From NCBI RefSeq assembly GCF_009914755.1, contig NC_060932.1: DNA of 64,000 nt; one strand, written 5' to 3'. This document shows, piece after piece, positions 52,898 through 64,000 of this stretch. This stretch comes from the human T2T-CHM13v2.0 reference genome, Homo sapiens. The stretch's first letter is position 1. Every line of letters begins with the position of its first letter. Under the pieces are notes generated by a model, which saw only the letters and a program-made list of their open reading frames with translations, had not been told where the DNA came from and did no database searches. The translations under genes were made by a program, and so were the position numbers.

Positions 52898-53922
52898 ATG
52901 GGGAAAAACCAGTGCAAAAAGGCTGAAAATTCCAAAAACCAGAATGCCTCTCCTCCTCCAAAGGATCACAACTTCTCACTAACAAGGGAACAAAACTGGA
53001 CGGAGAATGAGTTTGATGAACTGACAGAAGTAGGCTTCGGATGGTGGATAATAACAAACAACTCCGAACTAAAGGAGCATGTTCTAACCCAATGCAAGGA
53101 AGCTAAGAACCTTGAAAAAAGGTTAGTCGAATTGTTAACTAGAATAACCAATGTAGAGAAGAACATAAATGACCTGATGGAGCTGAAAAACACAGCACGA
53201 GAACTTTGTGAAGAATACACAAATATCAATAGCCGAATCGATCAAGCAGAAGAAAGGATATCAATGATTGAGATCAACTTAATGAAACAAAGTATGAAGT
53301 CAAGATTAGAGAAAAGAGAATAAAAAGGAATGAACAAAGCCTCCAAGAAATATGGGACTATGTGAAAAGACCAAATCTATGTTTGACGGGTGTACCTGAA
53401 AGTGATGGGAAGAATGGAACTAAGTTGGAAAACACTCTTCAGGATATTATCCATGAGAACTTCCCCAACCTAGCAAGACAGGCCAACATTCAAAATCAGG
53501 AAATACAGAGAACACCACAAAGGTACTAATCGAGAAGAGCAACCCCAAGACACATAATTGTCAGATTCATCAAGATTGAAATGAAGGAAAAAATGTTAAG
53601 GGCAGCCAGAGAGAAAGGTCAGGTTACCCACAAAGGGAAGCTCATCAGGCTAACAGTGGATCTCTCTGCAAAAACCCTACAAGCCAGAAGAGAGTGGGGG
53701 CCGATATTCAACATTCTTAAAGAAAAGAACTTTCAACCCAGAATTTCATATACAGCCAAACTAAGATTCATAAGTGAAGGAGAAATAATAGCCTTTAAAG
53801 ACAAGCAAACGCTGAGGGAGTTTGTCACCACCAGACCTGCCTTACAAGAGCTCCTGAAGGAAGCATTAAACATGGAAAGGATCAACCAGTACCAGCCACT
53901 GGAAAAACATACCAAATTGTAA
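52898..53922 (+). pseudogene. L1 ORF1p (RNA-binding), frameshifted with stop codons
   Basis: MGKNQCKKAENSKNQNASPPPK...; C-terminus ...REFVTTRPALQELLKEALNMER...HTKL. Split into two ORFs. Confidence 0.95.
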
Positions 53923-53985
53923 AGAACATTGACATTATGAAGAAACTGCATTAACTAATGGGCAAAACCACCAGCTAGCATCATA

Positions 53986-57957
<3,972 letters not shown>

Positions 57958-59034
57958 ACACATGGACACAGGGAGGGGAACATCACAAACTGGGACCTGT
58001 TGGGGGTGGGGGGCTAGGGGAAGGATAACATTAGGAGAAATACCTAATGTAGGTGACGGGTTGATGGGTGCAGCAAACCACCAAGGCACGTGTACACCTA
58101 TGTAACAAAACTGCACGTTCTGCACATGTGACACGGAACTTAAAGTATAATTAAAAAAAAAAATCACTGCAGTTTGTTACTTCCCCTCCATAATTCCCTG
58201 AAGTGAAAACATGGTAGGAAAATGTACTCAACAGAAACCTCCACAAACAAACTCAGAGAATTAATTAATTTTGAATTATTAAGGAGTATACAAATATTAT
58301 CATATATTTATTTCATGTATTATAATATTTAATTAGAAATTTAAGTTGCAGCTAGAGATTTTTTTAATAAGTATTTTTCTATGTACAGGTCCTGAAATTT
58401 TTTGTTAATACTGAGCCTTTCAGATTTGCTGCTTCTTTGGCCTTTCACTACATTAAAGTTTCTTTTGAATTATTTCTAAAAATACTCTTATTTTTTATTG
58501 TTGAAACTAGACTGGTACTCTTTGTTCCTTTGGATAAGAGACCATGTTCTAGGAGGTAGAATTCTGGAGGATAAGTACACAGTATTAGCAGTATAAATGA
58601 CTTGCATTTTAATTTTAATACCTGTGATTGTTAGAGAACCCAGGATGCCTGGATTCCTCTGTTCTTTAAGGGATGCCTGGAGACAGGTTCATTTGGGTTC
58701 TGGAACTGAGGAGCTCTGGTGCTCTTATTCTAAAATGGTCTTCTTTCTTTCTGTTTTCTGACTTTGAGAAGCATTGTTCTGGTAGCACTCCTACCTCTCC
58801 TTTCCACTCCTCTTTTATTTTGTTTAGTTCCTCTACTTAATTTCTACAACTGGGAAACTTTATCATTCATCTTCTCCCTAGTGATACAAGACTGGGCATT
58901 TCCACAATTTAAATAATTTAAATAATTTTTATTTATTTTAATATTAAAAAACTCCTTTCTGAATAACTTCAATGATTTGTCTTGCTGTAATGTGACCACA
59001 ATATATAGTCTCAAGTCTATTTAAAAGAAGAACT

Positions 59035-59282
59035 GGCCAGGCATGGTGGCCTACCTCTATAATTCCAGCATTTTAGGAGGCTGAGGTGGGAGGATCGCTT
59101 GAGCCCAGAAGTTCAAGATAAGCCTCGGCAATGTTGGGAGACTCTCTCTACAAAAAAATAATAAAAAATAGCCAAGCGTAGCAGCACATGCCTGTAGTCC
59201 CAGCTACATGGTAGGCTGAGGTGGGAGGATCATATGAGCCTGGGAAGTCAGGAACAATGCGTTATGATCGTGCCACTCACTC
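59035..59282 (+). mobile_element. AluJ, 3'-truncated (no tail)
   Basis: 'gggaggatcgcttgagcccag', ending at 'atgatcgtgccactcactc'. Confidence 0.9.
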
Positions 59283-60554
59283 TGTTTTTTTAAAAAAAGA
59301 CCTGCTGATGATCTATAAAGCATGCATTTTGAGGTTACTTTCTGTTTTTTAGGGACCACTTCGCTCATCAGTGAATTTACTTTACTTCGATATCTCTTTA
59401 TGACCAAGGCATTTGTGAGACAATAAAAAAGATTAAGTGGTGCAGCCTTTAATCCAAAGTGAGAGCTGAAGAAAAGTTAACTAGCAAGAATTAGGCTCAA
59501 ACAGGCTTTCTATAACATGTGCCAAATAACTAAACCTTGGACAAATGGACTGTTGTATTGACTAGAAATTGACGTGCGTTAATGGCTTGACGTTACCATA
59601 ACTCAACTGTAAGACACAATCTTCTTTGATATATTAAGCTTAACTTGACTCAATTTCATTCTAATGTGTATTAAATGTCAAATGTGTTGTCATGTACTAT
59701 GCTAGTTTCTTCAAATATTAAATTTGATAAGAAATGATTACTATGAAGAAGGAATTTATAGTTAAGTGAGAGATGCTTACAAAACAGGGTTCTTAGTTCA
59801 AATAAAGAAGTGTTTTTAAAGTGTACACGAAAAATGATCATGGTTAATTTGCTGGTAGCAAGAAAACAAAAGACATCATGGAAAGATGATCATAATGGGC
59901 CTTGGAGGAGTTTTCCAAATTAAAAAAGAAAGAAAAAAACATATTTCTAGATGGTTAGAATAGCATGAAGAAAGAAGTGGAGAAATAAAACTTCGGTATC
60001 AATGAGACATTGGTATCAATGAGATTCGGTACAAATGGGGTAGAGATTAGGGGCTGGGAATAAGACAAAACAGGAGAAATGCAGGAAAATGTGAAATAAG
60101 ATAAAATTGGGGAAAATGTGGGAAAATACAAATGCTTAGTAACTTAAATTTACCTTTTCAAGAATTGGAGGTCAGTGAAAGGTTGTGGATGTAAAAATGA
60201 TCAGATCTGTGCCTAAAAATTTAATTCTGGAAATAGTGTCGAAATTTAAATGAGAGTCTCAACTGGTACAATAGAGTGAAAATAGAAGGAACATGTTAAT
60301 ATGAACATTTAACTAAATATGGAATTTGGTATATGGCAAGTGGTATATGGTTAGAGGTATGTTTCTTTTGTATATCTTGATGAATTTATTTATTGAGGTC
60401 TAAAATACAGGAGAAGGGCCTAATTTAGAGAAGATGTTGAGTTTAATTTTGCCTATAATAAATTCATACTCCATATAGATATTCAGGTGAATATAATCCT
60501 TTGTATTTAGATATAGAGCTTAAGAGAGAGATCAGGACTAGAGATTTAAATTTA

Positions 60555-60863
<309 letters not shown>

Positions 60864-60889
60864 TTATATTAGCTTGCCATATTAATTAA

Positions 60890-61830
<941 letters not shown>

Positions 61831-64000
61831 TAACAAATATCGAACCTTCCTCAATAAGGCATAACTATGCCTATTAATTTCAGGGTGAGGGAAAAGCTTA
61901 GATTAAGTAGATTTGGGAATAAAGACAATATTTAATATTTGAGGGATATCCAATCTTAATTCTTGCAATTCTGCTGAAAATGTCAGACAGATTTCTAGAA
62001 TCATTAAGCACATTATCTGGAGTTTATGTGGATTGAGGCTACAAATAGCTGGCTGTCAATTGGTCAATGAACTGGACATTATAACGTGATCCTTTTAGGA
62101 AATGTGCAAGCAATTCTTGGTATTGTTTGTAAAGTACTGTGAGAAGAAAATGTGAGACATATATAAAGTAATATTCTATTTATCAAACAATGAGGTATCA
62201 CTGATCTGGTGTCCTGGTTTGCATCTAATTAAACTCATATTATTATAGATATTACTGCATGCCCTGTGCCACATATCGGTTTGGTCGTAAGAGAATCTTA
62301 AGTGTAAGTGCTGAGATCTGAGAGAATAAACTCTGTGTTTCCAAGAAGCCCTCAGGATAAAGTGTCTTCTCTGCCTTTTTCTTCTGACAACTAGTTAGTA
62401 CTTTTTAAAAATTGAAATCTGACTCCACTTAGCTTGGGGCAACGCTGCTGTGGTCATCATGGATCACAAAGTATTGTGGCCTCTTTAGAAGTCTGAGTGA
62501 ATAATTTAATAACGGCCAATAAATATAATAAGTTCCTTCAGCCTAACCCTGCCCTTACTTGTGGGACCGATTAATAAAGGTGAAAAGTGAGTCATGTAAG
62601 TGGTGCATTGATTCTTTTAGAAGCCATTGAAATACTCTGACCACAAGGGAAATCATGGAGACAAGATTTGGCTGAGCTATATGGCCCATCAGGGATAGAC
62701 CCGTGAGTGGAGTGCAGGAGGGTTGCAAACTCCTGTCTTCTCCAGATTCCAGCTAAATGCCTCCATTTAAAAAATGTTCTGGACAAATTATTTTTAATAT
62801 TCAACCCTAAAGTTGAGTTTTTGGTTGACCAGGATGGTTGGGCCATGAAGCAGTGGTGGGATATAGGGAGAAATGAAGGACAAAGTTTATGTCTAGTAGC
62901 AGGGCACATGGTTTCACATAAAGTAAATTCATTGCATGGTTTGTTAAAGATTCTAAGGACAAGAGGTGAGACATAAATATAAGTCAAATTGTTCATCAAA
63001 TAAAACAATTTTCCTTGCAAATGGACATTCAATGATGACAGAAAAAAGATCAAATGAATGTAGCCTGATTTTTTCAGAATAAAAATGATTTTAAAATTTC
63101 CAATTCATGCTTCCATCCTTTATAACCAATAATATAAACAGATGCACAGGCATAAAAAACCAAAGCAAAACACTAGATTTTTTTTCAATTATCAAGAATT
63201 CTGATAGAGGAATCTCCCAAGAAAACTCTACTATATTCAATCCAGAAAGAGCTTATTGTATTTTATTTTCGCTTCCATTCTAAGAGACCCGTTCATGGTG
63301 TATAAGTATTTTATGAGCCACTGCTTTATCTTCCAGAGAACTTCCAACACTAGTTGCTTGTTAATTACCAACTATTTCATAGTTACTTTGAAATTCTAAA
63401 ATAATAATTACTATGAACATATTCCATTATTTTATAAGAAGCCCCCTGTGATGCACATTTTATTAGCAGAACGAACATGATTGCTACTTTGCTTGTATGT
63501 TTTATTTATTTCCATACAGGTTTGATTCCTTTGCAGCTTCTCATTTTTGCCTGTTGTATAATTCATGGTTTATACAATATTATAGTAGGTATATGACACC
63601 CTCATTTTATTAGCTACACTATAATTTCCACACCATATACAAATGAAGTTTGGCTGGGGAAAGTTTTGTTCATTTGTTTACTTATTTATTTAATTTTACC
63701 TTTTGGCATAAAACATATTTCTAAACCATTTCCTCAAGACACTTTTTGCACTTGAACCCATATTTTAAAGTTTCTGTTAACCTCCTTGGACACAAAATAA
63801 CATTTTAAAAGACCAAACAACCACATTAATTGCTGTGGATTTCTGCATCATGTTGGTATCTAACAGGAAATTTGAAAATAATATGTTTATAAAAGCAAGA
63901 GCTAAGTAGAGTCTGACTTCAATCAATGGGAATTTGATATGTTGAAATTGAAATGCAGTCATACTTCATCAATTTACTTATGACATTTAATCAGAATTGG

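Noticed and set aside
57970-58022. G-quadruplex-like G runs
   Set aside because: A standard feature of the L1 3' UTR.
62592-63053. 153-aa minus-strand ORF in unique DNA
   Set aside because: Non-ATG start, no recognisable domain and no splice context. The length is compatible with chance.

Overview
AT-rich, repeat-dominated primate (human-like) non-coding DNA, either intergenic or deep-intronic. I found no credible protein-coding gene, RNA gene, CpG island or CRISPR-like array. Nearly all ORFs in the supplied track are translations of Alu, L1, LTR or microsatellite sequence. The window holds about 20 Alu-family SINEs, one full-length dead L1PA7/8-like LINE with an AluY inside it, two 5'-inverted L1s, several old L1M/L2/MIR fragments, and MaLR, ERV1 and HERV-K(HML-6)-type solo LTRs, two of them in nested stacks with clean TSDs. 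It also contains a near-full-length hAT-Blackjack transposon fossil with readable transposase motifs, and several MITEs (2x MADE1, MER53, MER5A, MER58). I do not see a new biological system. The most unusual observations are: (i) a MADE1 expanded into a ~170 bp hairpin whose arms share non-consensus bases; (ii) two ~105-125 bp sequences copied 1.5-2.2 kb away, one with a target-site duplication; (iii) many small fold-back or patchwork templated insertions; (iv) a probable ancient RTE-clade LINE endonuclease fossil. All repeat subfamily names come from memory of consensus sequences and need RepeatMasker/Dfam confirmation. Boundaries of old elements are approximate.
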